Source: Candidatus Poribacteria bacterium | GTDB lineage: Bacteria > Poribacteria > WGA-4E > GCA-2687025 | Direction: 5' to 3' | Assembly (NCBI GenBank): GCA_963665845.2 | Contig: OY762492.1 | Location: 1,920,001 to 1,984,000, forward strand | Length of the DNA: 64,000 bases | Part shown: positions 39,537-48,533 of the stretch, piece after piece | Layout of the letters: every line of letters begins with the position of its first letter | How positions within the stretch are numbered: position 1 is the first letter of the stretch | Program-made: the position numbers and the translations under genes | The notes under the pieces: generated by a model | What the model was told of the DNA's origin: nothing | What the model saw: the letters and a program-made list of their open reading frames with translations, nothing else | Database searches by the model: none

Positions 39537-40355
39537 CTAAGGCTTTGTTTTGACGCGCGTTTCTACCCCTTCAAGCTCGTCAATCTCGGCGCGAACATCT
39601 TGATATTCAGCCTCCAACGATTCGCCCGTTGCCATCCGCTCCAGTATGTCCAGCTCCTTGCTTCGAAGATTTTCCAATGTAAGGCGGCCCGATTCTGACA
39701 ATCGCCGCTTCATTTGGTATCGGACAACCACTTCAGTATGCGGTTTTTCTATCGTGTATATCTCGCCATTTGGCAGCTCAAACACATTGCCTTGCGCTGT
39801 TGGAGGCAGGCGGCCCGCCCGAACCAACATGGATGTCGGGTTGAAATTGGCGATTGTGCGCTGATCTTGGAAAAAAATCATTGCGGTCGTCAATTCGGGG
39901 CGTACGTTGTCGACAATGCGTTCTTGGATATTCAAGAACGCCTGCAATCTCGCATTGATCTCCTTGACGCCCTCGCTCATCAAGCGATCGTATTCGATAA
40001 GCATGAGCCGCGCATATTCATCCAAGGTTGCGTCCAACGTCTGATATTTCAGCTCGCTGATGTCGGATGCCAAAAAAGGCGTCGTTTCATGCGGTTGGGC
40101 GGCAACCTCTGTTTCCGGCGTCTGTTGCGTCTGCGTTTCCACAGACCTTGGCGAATCGCGATCTTTTTCGGATTCTTCCGACCGGTCAACAGATTCTGAA
40201 GGCTTCGCCGTAATCTCCTGTCTTGCGGGCAACGGACTTTGCCCTGCGGAGCCGGGGTCATGATCCTCTTGACTGTTTAACATCCACCAAATCAAGGCGG
40301 CCGACGCAATGCACCCCGCCGCTAGAATGATCGCCCATCGATGTTTTGTCTTCAT
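39537..40355 (-). CDS. Hypothetical protein with N-terminal membrane anchor; probable frameshift near the 3' end
   Basis: 272-aa ORF, lower GC. An alternative frame continues ALAIRWGEKDHPDFKIIELDLGLIED to a stop at 39463. Confidence 0.7.
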   Translation of the reverse strand: MKTKHRWAIILAAGCIASAALIWWMLNSQEDHDPGSAGQSPLPARQEITAKPSESVDRSEESEKDRDSPRSVETQTQQTPETEVAAQPHETTPFLASDISELKYQTLDATLDEYARLMLIEYDRLMSEGVKEINARLQAFLNIQERIVDNVRPELTTAMIFFQDQRTIANFNPTSMLVRAGRLPPTAQGNVFELPNGEIYTIEKPHTEVVVRYQMKRRLSESGRLTLENLRSKELDILERMATGESLEAEYQDVRAEIDELEGVETRVKTKP

Positions 40356-40416
40356 GAGGGAATCTCCTGCGTTAGCCCAGTTAAACCGCTTTTAGCCCAG
40401 ATAAACCGCCTATGAA

Positions 40417-40445
40417 ATTATAATACGGACTTTCTAACAGCGCAA
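40417..40445 (-). promoter_or_regulatory. sigma70-type promoter
   Basis: TTGCGC-N17-TATAAT. Confidence 0.7.
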
Positions 40446-40457
40446 CCTTGCAACTCT

Positions 40458-40547
40458 GACCTCACGTCTTAAGTTGGGACATGTCGGCATGCGAACGCGG
40501 ACGTCTTCTGCGGCGTCTCTAGATTCCCGCTTACGCGGAAATGACGG
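40458..40547 (-). mobile_element. Family A right half, inverted
   Basis: GACCTCACGTCTTAAGTTGGGACAT...AGATTCCCGCTTACGCGGAAATGAC. Confidence 0.8.
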
Positions 40548-40774
40548 AGAGGGAAAGCGGAAATGACGGAGAGGGAAAGCGGAAATGACGGAGAGGGAAA
40601 GCGGAAATGACGGAGAGGGAAAGCGGAAATGACGGAGAGGGAAAGCGGAAATGACGGAGAGGGAAAGCGGAAATGACGGAGAGGGAAAGCGGAAATGACG
40701 GAGAGGGAAAGCGGAAATGACGGAGAGGGAAAGCGGAAATGACGGAGAGGGAAAGCGGAAATGACGGAGAGGGA
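40535..40774. repeat. 22-bp tandem repeat, about 11 copies
   Basis: Perfect units of GCGGAAATGACGGAGAGGGAAA with no spacers. Confidence 0.97.
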
Positions 40775-40812
40775 GGGGCGCGGCAGGCTAAGGGCGGACG
40801 GCGTCCGCCGCT

Positions 40813-41961
40813 TTATGGAGGCGGGAAGCGGACGCGGCGCCCCGCCATAAAATGCGGCTCTCCGCCGCGGTCTAGATGATGCCAGCGCGGAGAGTAGCCG
40901 TAAATGAGCCAGCCCTCCCGTCCGTTCGGCTCGTCCATGATGAGGGTCGGGTGCCATGCCAGCTCCTGATACGGAACGGCGACGGAGAATGCGCGCACAA
41001 CCCGAACAGGCTTTGACCAGTCGATTCCGTTCTCCGACGTTGCGACGTAGATGCCGCTGCGCAGCGGTTTCATTGGCGGGTCGGCGCCGGCGTATTCGCG
41101 CCATGCGTTCATATTAAAAAACATGACATACCGCTCCAGCGCCGGAACCCATACAACATGCGGGAAGGTGGCGTCCGCGCCGATATTCAGCCCCGACATG
41201 ACAGGGTCGTCCAGACCTCCCATGCCCGGTTCGCTGAAGGCGCCGCCGCGCCATTTATGCCAGGCTTCAGGGGCGGGCGGCTTGCCGTTTTGAATGTCGG
41301 CGCGGGCAACGCAGATCTGAACGCCGCGCCCCTCCGCCCGCGAATGATCCACATAATACAGCAGCAGAAAGCCGCCGCCGCGTCCAAGCGTCAAACACGC
41401 CTCCCCGGCGCCTTGGTCCGGCATGCCGCCTGGCTCCTTCGCTTGACGGCTGCGCAAAGCGACTCCCGTCTTAACAAACGACCGCCCTTCGTCCATCGAG
41501 ACGGCGGACCCGATCAGCGCGTAGTAGCCCGGCACCCCTGGACCGACATCCGCCATGCCTTCATGGTCTTCGGCGTGGTAGACGGCGTAAAGCGTTCCGT
41601 CTGGGAAGCGGTGTACTCCGCAGACGCCGGCGTATCCGTTGTCAAACTCGCCGGGGCGCCCCGGCGCGAGAACCTGCGCGCCCGCCCGCAGCGAGCGCAT
41701 GTCCTCCCCCTCAAAGAGATAGACCGCCGTCCCCGCCGTGACGAGAAGACGCAGCGGACGCCGACTCAACAGCGCGCATGCCGTGTCGGGGAAGTAGCTC
41801 AACCCGCTTTGAGCGCGCGTCAACAGCGTCTCCTGGGCGGACAGTTCCATCGGAACGCCGCCCGTCTCGACCCTCAACGGCTCCGACCCCCAAGCCGAGC
41901 ATGCGAGCCATATCAAAAACGCCGCCGCGCGTTCAGTCCCGCCGCTCTTGGTACGCCGCAT
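40813..41961 (-). CDS. Secreted hypothetical protein, glycoside-hydrolase-like beta-propeller
   Basis: Signal peptide, YHAE.H, Asp-box-like SMDEGRSF and SENGIDW. Confidence 0.6.
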   Translation of the reverse strand: MRRTKSGGTERAAAFLIWLACSAWGSEPLRVETGGVPMELSAQETLLTRAQSGLSYFPDTACALLSRRPLRLLVTAGTAVYLFEGEDMRSLRAGAQVLAPGRPGEFDNGYAGVCGVHRFPDGTLYAVYHAEDHEGMADVGPGVPGYYALIGSAVSMDEGRSFVKTGVALRSRQAKEPGGMPDQGAGEACLTLGRGGGFLLLYYVDHSRAEGRGVQICVARADIQNGKPPAPEAWHKWRGGAFSEPGMGGLDDPVMSGLNIGADATFPHVVWVPALERYVMFFNMNAWREYAGADPPMKPLRSGIYVATSENGIDWSKPVRVVRAFSVAVPYQELAWHPTLIMDEPNGREGWLIYGYSPRWHHLDRGGEPHFMAGRRVRFPPP

Positions 41962-43345
41962 CGCGGACGCGCGCCTGTTGACGGCTCAGCTCCTGCTTCA
42001 GCTGCGTGACAATCAGCGCGTAGTCGGGGTGCCGGTAGACGTTGTTCATCTCGCGCGGATCCTCATGCAGATCGAACAGCTCCCATTCCGGCGGCGTCGC
42101 TTCGCCGCGCGTGCCGGGGTTGTCGAGCGGATCGCCGTAGTAGTAGATCAGCTTGTAGCGGTGCGTTCGCAAGCCGTAGTGCGCCGCCACATTGTGATGC
42201 GCCCCATGCATCCAGTACCTGTAGTACATGGAGGTCTGCCAGTCCTCCGGGACGGCGCCTTCCAGTATCGGGCGGAAGCTGCTGCCTTGCCACGGGATCG
42301 GAATGTCGATCTCGGCGTAATCCAGGAAGGTCGGCGCGAAGTCGACATTCAGGATCATCTCGTCTGTCACGACGCCCGGCTCAATCCCGGCGGGGTAGCG
42401 GACGATGAACGGCATGCGCAGCGACTCTTCATACATGAACCGCTTGTCGTACCAGCCGTGGTCGCCGAGGAAGAAGCCCTGATCGGAGGTGTAGACGACG
42501 ATCGTCTCTTCGGCGATGTCCTCCTCTTCGAGGTAGTCCAGCAGCCGTCCGACATTGTCATCGATGGAGGCGACGCAGCGCAGGTAGTCCTTGATGTACT
42601 TCTGGTATTTCCAGCGCGTCTCATCCTCTTCGCTGAGTCCCTCTGGTACCGGCTCCCCTTTCAGGTCGCGTTCGTTCAGGTCGCGGCTGACGCGCATTTC
42701 CGCGTTCTTTGCCGCGGCGGCGCGGTTGGAGTAGTCGTCGAACAGGTTGTCCGGTTCAGGGATGTCCTCGTCGGCGTACATGTCCGCATGTTTTTCATCA
42801 GGGTCCCACGGGCGGTGCGGCGCCTTGTGGTGGCACATCAGCAGAAACGGCTTCTCCGGGTCGCGGTTGCGCATCCATTCCAGCGACAGGTCGGCGATGA
42901 TGTCGGTCGTGTAACCTTCGTAGTTTTTCCGCTCGCCCATGTCGATCATGACAGGGTCATGGTAGGCGCCTTGCCCCGGCAGGACGTTCCAGTAGTCGAA
43001 CCCTGTCGGGTCGTTGGCGCCGCCGTGTCCGAGATGCCACTTGCCGATCATGGCGGTCTGGTAGCCGTGGCGCTGGAGCAGCTGCGGGAAGGTGAGCTGC
43101 CGTCCGTCCAGCGGCGTCGCCAGGGTGGTGACTCGGTTCACATGGTTGTAGGTGCCGGTCAGGATCGTCGCGCGGCTGGGCGAACAGATCGAGTTGGTGC
43201 AGAAGCAGTTGTTGAACAGTATGCCTTCCTGGGCGATACGGTCCAGGTTCGGGGTGGCGTTGATGCGGCTCCCGTAGCAGCTCATGGCATGGGAGGCGTG
43301 GTCGTCCGACATGATGAACAAGATGTTTGGTCGGGTGTCAGCCAA
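41933..43345 (-). CDS. Sulfatase (N-acetylglucosamine-6-sulfatase-like)
   Basis: RPNILFIMSDDH, CSPSR, GKWHL, HKAPHR, SDQGFFLGDHG..DKR. Confidence 0.93.
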   Translation of the reverse strand: MADTRPNILFIMSDDHASHAMSCYGSRINATPNLDRIAQEGILFNNCFCTNSICSPSRATILTGTYNHVNRVTTLATPLDGRQLTFPQLLQRHGYQTAMIGKWHLGHGGANDPTGFDYWNVLPGQGAYHDPVMIDMGERKNYEGYTTDIIADLSLEWMRNRDPEKPFLLMCHHKAPHRPWDPDEKHADMYADEDIPEPDNLFDDYSNRAAAAKNAEMRVSRDLNERDLKGEPVPEGLSEEDETRWKYQKYIKDYLRCVASIDDNVGRLLDYLEEEDIAEETIVVYTSDQGFFLGDHGWYDKRFMYEESLRMPFIVRYPAGIEPGVVTDEMILNVDFAPTFLDYAEIDIPIPWQGSSFRPILEGAVPEDWQTSMYYRYWMHGAHHNVAAHYGLRTHRYKLIYYYGDPLDNPGTRGEATPPEWELFDLHEDPREMNNVYRHPDYALIVTQLKQELSRQQARVRDAAYQERRD

Positions 43346-43366
43346 ATGGGTCTCCTTACGTGTTGC

Positions 43367-44629
43367 TTAGCGAATGCCCGCTTGCCGCTTGAGCTTTTCG
43401 TTGCCCAGGCGCGTCACGGGCGGGGTGTGCGATTCGGGCTTGCCGAGCTCCGCCTCGGCGCGTTCAGGCGTCCATAGGTCGCCCGCGCGCGCTGCGGCGC
43501 ATGCTTTCAGCCGTAACCTTCCGATCTCTTCAATTCCATGAGTATCCACAAAAACGGTCTCTTCTTCAACCAATTCAAACACGCTCACATCGGCGGCGCC
43601 GCCGACGCGCAGCGTTCCAATCTCCTTTTCCAGTCCGACCGCCGCCGCGGGAGCGCGCGTGACGGCATGAATCACGTCGGTTAGGCGCATGCCGAGGTTC
43701 AAAAACTTGGACGCGGTCGTCGGCAGATCGAACGCCGGACCATGAACGCTCAAACTATGCAGGTCGCTGCTGATCACATCCGGCAAAAAGCCCTGCTCAA
43801 TGGCGCGCCGCCCCGTCGGATAATGAAAACTGCCGGAACCATGCCCTACATCGAACAGGACGCCGCGCTTCCGCGCCTCCAGAACATGCGGCAGCAGCGA
43901 GTCGTCCGTTTGCAGGATCGTGTCGCCGCGCCCTTGGAAGCAATGCGTCACAATGTCCCCAGGACGCAGCAGGTTCAGGACATCCGGCAGCGGAACGCCC
44001 GCGGCGATATGCGCCATGACGCGCGTCTGCGCCATTTCCGCAGCGGCGACGGCGAGGCGCAGCGGCTCCACGCCGTTTTGACCGACCTGCGCCGCCCCTT
44101 GCCGCACCTTGATTCCGACGACCGTTTCAGGGTATTCCAGCGCCGTCTGCGCTGTCAGCTCCGCATCGGCGAAGCGCAGATCCTCCATCTCGCCGACGAG
44201 CGGATAGGTCAAGCCGATGCCGGAGATATGAACGAAGGCGTAGATTCGCGCGGCGGAGGGCTGGGCGATGAACGCCTCGAAGCCGGGAAAATTCGCCCAG
44301 CCCGCCGAGCCGGCGTCCACCGCCGCCGTGACGCCCGACGCGAGACAGAGCGGATCGGGCAGAACGCCCCAGGTGGTCGCGCCCCAGTAAGCGTGCGTGT
44401 GCAGGTCAACCCAGCCGGGGGTGACGATCTTGCCGCGGCAATCGAAGACGCGGTCGTTCTCTTGCGCGTCAATGCTCTTTTCGATGGCGTCAATGCGCCC
44501 GTTGCGGAGAGCGACATCGGCGGCGGCGTCGATACCGGCGCCAGGGTCGATAACGCGCCCGCCTTTCAGGAGCAGTCGGGGAGATTGTTCAGGTTGAGTT
44601 TTTCGCAAAGGCTTTGACCGCCCTTTCAT
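43367..44629 (-). CDS. Amidohydrolase/deacetylase family metallohydrolase (dihydroorotase-like)
   Basis: PGWVDLHTH, DAGSAG, GIKVR, THCF, DVGHG.GSF, ISSDLH. Confidence 0.87.
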   Translation of the reverse strand: MKGRSKPLRKTQPEQSPRLLLKGGRVIDPGAGIDAAADVALRNGRIDAIEKSIDAQENDRVFDCRGKIVTPGWVDLHTHAYWGATTWGVLPDPLCLASGVTAAVDAGSAGWANFPGFEAFIAQPSAARIYAFVHISGIGLTYPLVGEMEDLRFADAELTAQTALEYPETVVGIKVRQGAAQVGQNGVEPLRLAVAAAEMAQTRVMAHIAAGVPLPDVLNLLRPGDIVTHCFQGRGDTILQTDDSLLPHVLEARKRGVLFDVGHGSGSFHYPTGRRAIEQGFLPDVISSDLHSLSVHGPAFDLPTTASKFLNLGMRLTDVIHAVTRAPAAAVGLEKEIGTLRVGGAADVSVFELVEEETVFVDTHGIEEIGRLRLKACAAARAGDLWTPERAEAELGKPESHTPPVTRLGNEKLKRQAGIR

Positions 44630-44722
44630 AGCATACAGCGACGCCGCCTAGTTTAGCATAGATTGGAGCAGAATGCGTTTCTATGTTCATGGCGCGGGCG
44701 GAAGGGCGGGAAGGCGGGGTTT

Positions 44723-44794
44723 GCCCGCCCGTTATTCTTCGGCGGGGGCGTTCTCCTTCGTCGGCGCGCCTGCCCCAACTAAAGCCGCAAGGTC
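44723..44794. pseudogene. Gene 3'-end remnant abutting a solo family A right terminal repeat
   Basis: 44723-44766 matches 34639-34682 at 40 of 44 positions. It is followed by TGCCCCAACTAAAGCCGCAAGGTC. Confidence 0.65.
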
Positions 44795-44866
44795 AAACGC
44801 GAAGGACTCGCGCTCTGTCCAAAAGAGATATACAATAACAAAAAAAACGGCACTGGAGCGAAAGCG

Positions 44867-45625
44867 ATGGAGCGCATCTTTCACCCATATGCGTTTGGCG
44901 AACGGGAAAAGCGGAGGATGGATCATGACGGGCATTATCTGCTGCCAGGCGTCATGACGCAGACGGCGCAGGAAAAAATGACGGAAGCGCTGCGCAGCGT
45001 CCAACAGCTGAGCGCGCAAACAGGACCCGACGAACCGCGCCATCCGCAGCGATATTCCGCCGAATGGAACGAGTATCTTGCGAGCCTGATTGCCCATCCG
45101 CAACTGCTTGAACTGGCGCGGCGCATCCTCGGCGAAAACATCCGCTACGATCATTGCGTCGCGCTGAACCGACCGGGCGGCAACGGCGGCATCGGCTGGC
45201 ATAGCCACGCTTACAGCGACGACGACCCGTCCCTCGGCTTTGCGCGCATCTTCTTTTATGTGAACGGCTTTGAACCTGGGGACGGCGGCTTGAAGGTGTC
45301 GGCGGGGAGCCATCTGTATCGGGACGCGCGCATTCATGGGGGAACCGACGACGACCTGCGCAGCGGCTGGCTGTCGGGGAAAACGCATCTGAAGACAGGC
45401 GAACCGCTGTCGATACAGGAGCTGTCGGCGCCGGCGGGAACGGTCGCGCTCATGTGGACGCACGCCGCCCATGCGGTGAGTCCGCGCCGGCAAGGCAGCC
45501 CGACCCGCTGGACGGTTGTCTACGCATACCGCAACCCAGGGCGCCCGTCCGGCGCGCGCTGGATCGGCGAAGCGTTTGAAAAGAACCCGCCGCCCGGCGC
45601 CGAAGGCCTCATGAGTTTGATGTAG
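44867..45625 (+). CDS. Phytanoyl-CoA dioxygenase (PhyH) family protein
   Basis: MDHDGHYLLPG, IGWH.H, GGLKVSAGSH, GTVALM..H..H, distal Arg. Confidence 0.8.
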   Translation: MERIFHPYAFGEREKRRMDHDGHYLLPGVMTQTAQEKMTEALRSVQQLSAQTGPDEPRHPQRYSAEWNEYLASLIAHPQLLELARRILGENIRYDHCVALNRPGGNGGIGWHSHAYSDDDPSLGFARIFFYVNGFEPGDGGLKVSAGSHLYRDARIHGGTDDDLRSGWLSGKTHLKTGEPLSIQELSAPAGTVALMWTHAAHAVSPRRQGSPTRWTVVYAYRNPGRPSGARWIGEAFEKNPPPGAEGLMSLM

Positions 45626-45697
45626 GCAGGCGGCGGAAGCGATGTAGGTTGACTTTAAGCCGCATGGCGCGCTACATAATTATTTGGAGGAAATGAT

Positions 45698-46984
45698 ATG
45701 AAAGAAGCGTTTGAAGGGTTCGCCTACCGCAACGGTGAACTGTATTGCGACGACGCGCCGGTCGCCGAGATCTGCGAGCGGTACGGCACCCCGCTTTACA
45801 TCTATAGCTACGGGGCGTTGACCGGTCGGTTTCGACGGCTGCGGGAGGCGTTTTCAAGTGTGGACGCGACGATCTGTTACTCGGTCAAATCGAACTCGAA
45901 CATCGCGGTCATACGGGCGTTGGCCCGGGAGGGCGCGGGGGCGGACATCGTTTCTGTCGGCGAACTGCGCCGCGCCTTGACCGCCGGCGTTGACCCGCAA
46001 AAGATCGTCTTTGCGGGCGTCGGCAAAACGGAGGCGGAGATCGCGGAGGCGCTGGAGGCCGACATCTTGGCGTTCGCGGTCGAGTCGGCGCCGGAAGCGT
46101 ATGCGGTCGGTAGAGTCGCCGAGAAAGCGGGCAAGCGCGCTCCCATCACGCTGCGCATCAACCCCGATGTTGACGCGAAGACGCATAAGCACACGACAAC
46201 AGGCAAAAAAGGCGTCAAATTCGGCGTGGACATCGACGCCGCGCCGCGTCTCTTCAAGGAGCTGGAAAACCATGCGCATCTGGACATATGCGGGGCGCAT
46301 ATTCATCTCGGCTCGCCTGTCACGACGATTGAGGCGTATGAAGCGGCGATGGAGAAGGCGGTCGCGCTGGTTGCGGAGCTGCGGGAAAACGGGTCGCGCT
46401 CGCTCCGCCTGCTGAATATGGGCGGCGGGCTGCCGATTGTCTATAAAGACGAAAAGGAGCTGGACCTGAACGCATACGCGCGGGTCATGATGGACGGCGC
46501 GGAGAAGACAGGCTGCCGCCTGGCGCTGGAGCCGGGGCGGTATATCAGCGGCAATTCCGGCATACTGTGCGCCCGCGTACTTTACCGAAAAGAGACCGAT
46601 CATAAAACATTCATCATCGTCGACGGCGCGATGAACGACCTGATACGCCCCTCGTTTTACGGCAGCTGGCATGAGATGCGCCCAGTGAAGCGGCGCGGAC
46701 GGGAGATCGAAACGGTGGACGTCGTCGGTCCGATCTGCGAATCGGGCGATTTTTTGGCGAAAGACCGCTCCCTGCCGCGCATGGAGGAGGGGGAAACGCT
46801 TGCCGTTTTCAGCGCAGGCGCATACGGATTCGCCATGTCCTCCAACTACAATTCCAGACCGAGAGCGGCTGAAGCGATGACCATCGGCGGCGAGGCGCTG
46901 CTCATACGCGAGCGCGAAACGCTGGAAGATTTGACAAGAGGCGAACGAATCCCTGAAATCTTACTAGACAAGAAAGAGAGCTGA
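45698..46984 (+). CDS. lysA: Diaminopimelate decarboxylase
   Basis: YGTPLYIY, YSVKSN, KFG, HLGS, EPGR, GPICESGD, MSSNYN. GGAGG RBS. Confidence 0.96.
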   Translation: MKEAFEGFAYRNGELYCDDAPVAEICERYGTPLYIYSYGALTGRFRRLREAFSSVDATICYSVKSNSNIAVIRALAREGAGADIVSVGELRRALTAGVDPQKIVFAGVGKTEAEIAEALEADILAFAVESAPEAYAVGRVAEKAGKRAPITLRINPDVDAKTHKHTTTGKKGVKFGVDIDAAPRLFKELENHAHLDICGAHIHLGSPVTTIEAYEAAMEKAVALVAELRENGSRSLRLLNMGGGLPIVYKDEKELDLNAYARVMMDGAEKTGCRLALEPGRYISGNSGILCARVLYRKETDHKTFIIVDGAMNDLIRPSFYGSWHEMRPVKRRGREIETVDVVGPICESGDFLAKDRSLPRMEEGETLAVFSAGAYGFAMSSNYNSRPRAAEAMTIGGEALLIRERETLEDLTRGERIPEILLDKKES

Positions 46985-46985
46985 T

Positions 46986-47813
46986 ATGTCCATTTCATTC
47001 ACAAAGATGAGCGGCGCCGGCAACGATTTTGTCGTCATCGACAACCGCGCCGGTCAAATCGAAGCGTCCGCCGAATTTGTGGCGAAGGTATGTTCCCGCC
47101 GGGTGTCAGTCGGCGCGGACGGCCTCCTGCTCGTTGAATCGCCGGAGGATCCGTCGGAAGCCGATTTTCGAATGCGCTACTTCAACGCGGATGGCGGCGA
47201 AGCGGAAACCTGCGGCAACGGCGCCCGATGCATCGCCCGCTTCGCTTTTTTGAACGGCGTTGCCGACAAAACGATGCATTTTGAAACGCTTGCAGGGGTC
47301 TATTCGGCGGAGATTGCCGGCGGCAATGTGCTTCTTGGACTCGGCGATCCGCGCGACATACGGCTCGATTTTCCGTTGGAACTGGAGGAGGGCGAAGCGG
47401 TCGCCTCGTTTGCAAACACAGGCGTTCCGCATGCGGTGCGCTTCATGGACGAGATCGATTCCATCGATGTGCCGGCGGCGGGGCGCGAAATGCGTTACCA
47501 TGAAGCGTTCGGACAGGCGGGCGCCAACGCCAACTTTGTCCGCGTCGAAGACGAACAGACGCTGCGAACCCGAACCTATGAGCGCGGCGTCGAAGATGAA
47601 ACCTTAGCATGCGGAACGGGAGCTGTCGCCTCGGCGGTGACAGCCGCTCTGCAGGACAAGGTACGCCCGCCCGTCACGGTGCGCGTCAAAGGCGGATTCG
47701 ATCTGATCGTCCATTTTGAACTGAACGGCGGCGCGGCAAGCAATATCCGCTTGGAAGGCGACGCCCGCGTCGTTTTCACCGGCGAACTAAGCAAGGAAGC
47801 CTGGAGCTACTGA
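46986..47813 (+). CDS. dapF: Diaminopimelate epimerase
   Basis: FTKMSGAGNDF, CGNGARC, TGVPH, ERGVEDETLACGTG. Confidence 0.96.
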   Translation: MSISFTKMSGAGNDFVVIDNRAGQIEASAEFVAKVCSRRVSVGADGLLLVESPEDPSEADFRMRYFNADGGEAETCGNGARCIARFAFLNGVADKTMHFETLAGVYSAEIAGGNVLLGLGDPRDIRLDFPLELEEGEAVASFANTGVPHAVRFMDEIDSIDVPAAGREMRYHEAFGQAGANANFVRVEDEQTLRTRTYERGVEDETLACGTGAVASAVTAALQDKVRPPVTVRVKGGFDLIVHFELNGGAASNIRLEGDARVVFTGELSKEAWSY

Positions 47814-48523
47814 TGCGCTCATCGAACATGTCCGCAGCCCGCCAAGCGATGTCCCCCGTCTTGACAACGTCGATGGAGGATTACATCAAAACGATCTACA
47901 AGGCGCAGCGGCGGCATGGCAGGGCGACAACGGTTCTGATTGCGGATCGAATGCAGGTCTCCGCGGCGTCCGTAACCAAAATGCTCAAACGGTTGGCGCG
48001 GTTCGATCTGGCGCTTTATGAGCCGTATCAGGGGGCGGAGCTGACCGAGACGGGGCGATGCATCGCGCTGGAAATCATCCGCCATCATCGGCTTCTGGAG
48101 CTATACCTGGCGGAGCGGATGGGGTATTCGTGGGACGAGGTGGACGCCGAAGCGGAGGCGCTGGAGCATGTGATCTCGGAGGCGTTTGAGGCGCGGATCG
48201 ACGCCCTGCTCGGCTATCCCGACACCGACCCGCATGGGCATCCAATACCGTCCCGCGAGGGGCATATACGCGACGACGCGCTTTACACGCCGTTAGACCA
48301 GATCGAAGCGGGCGAACAGGCGGTCGTCCGCCGCGTCTCCGACCGCGATTCATGCCGTCTGCGCCGTTTTGGCGATCTGGGGCTGTTTCCCGGCAGGAGC
48401 GTTCATGTGCTGGCGTTTGAAGCGGGGCGGCTGCAGATGCGCGTCGCCGGCAGCGCGCAAGAGATGGAGAGCGCCCTGGCGGAAGGCGTCTATGTGGAGC
48501 GCGCGGCGCCGAAACCTGTATGA
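47813..48523 (+). CDS. DtxR/MntR family metal-dependent regulator with FeoA-like domain
   Basis: EDYIKTIY, RHHRLLELYL, EAEALEH, DPHGHPIP. Confidence 0.92.
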   Translation: MRSSNMSAARQAMSPVLTTSMEDYIKTIYKAQRRHGRATTVLIADRMQVSAASVTKMLKRLARFDLALYEPYQGAELTETGRCIALEIIRHHRLLELYLAERMGYSWDEVDAEAEALEHVISEAFEARIDALLGYPDTDPHGHPIPSREGHIRDDALYTPLDQIEAGEQAVVRRVSDRDSCRLRRFGDLGLFPGRSVHVLAFEAGRLQMRVAGSAQEMESALAEGVYVERAAPKPV

Positions 48524-48533
48524 ACGGAAACGG

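Noticed and set aside
40535-40774. Possible CRISPR array (also considered for 2407-2500 and 52516-53157)
   Set aside because: The units are contiguous or near-identical with no unique spacers, and no cas genes were seen.
40469-41104. 211-aa ORF with repeated PSPSFPLSLSVISAFPLRHFRF
   Set aside because: It is a translation of the 22-bp tandem repeat and element, and overlaps a better-supported gene.
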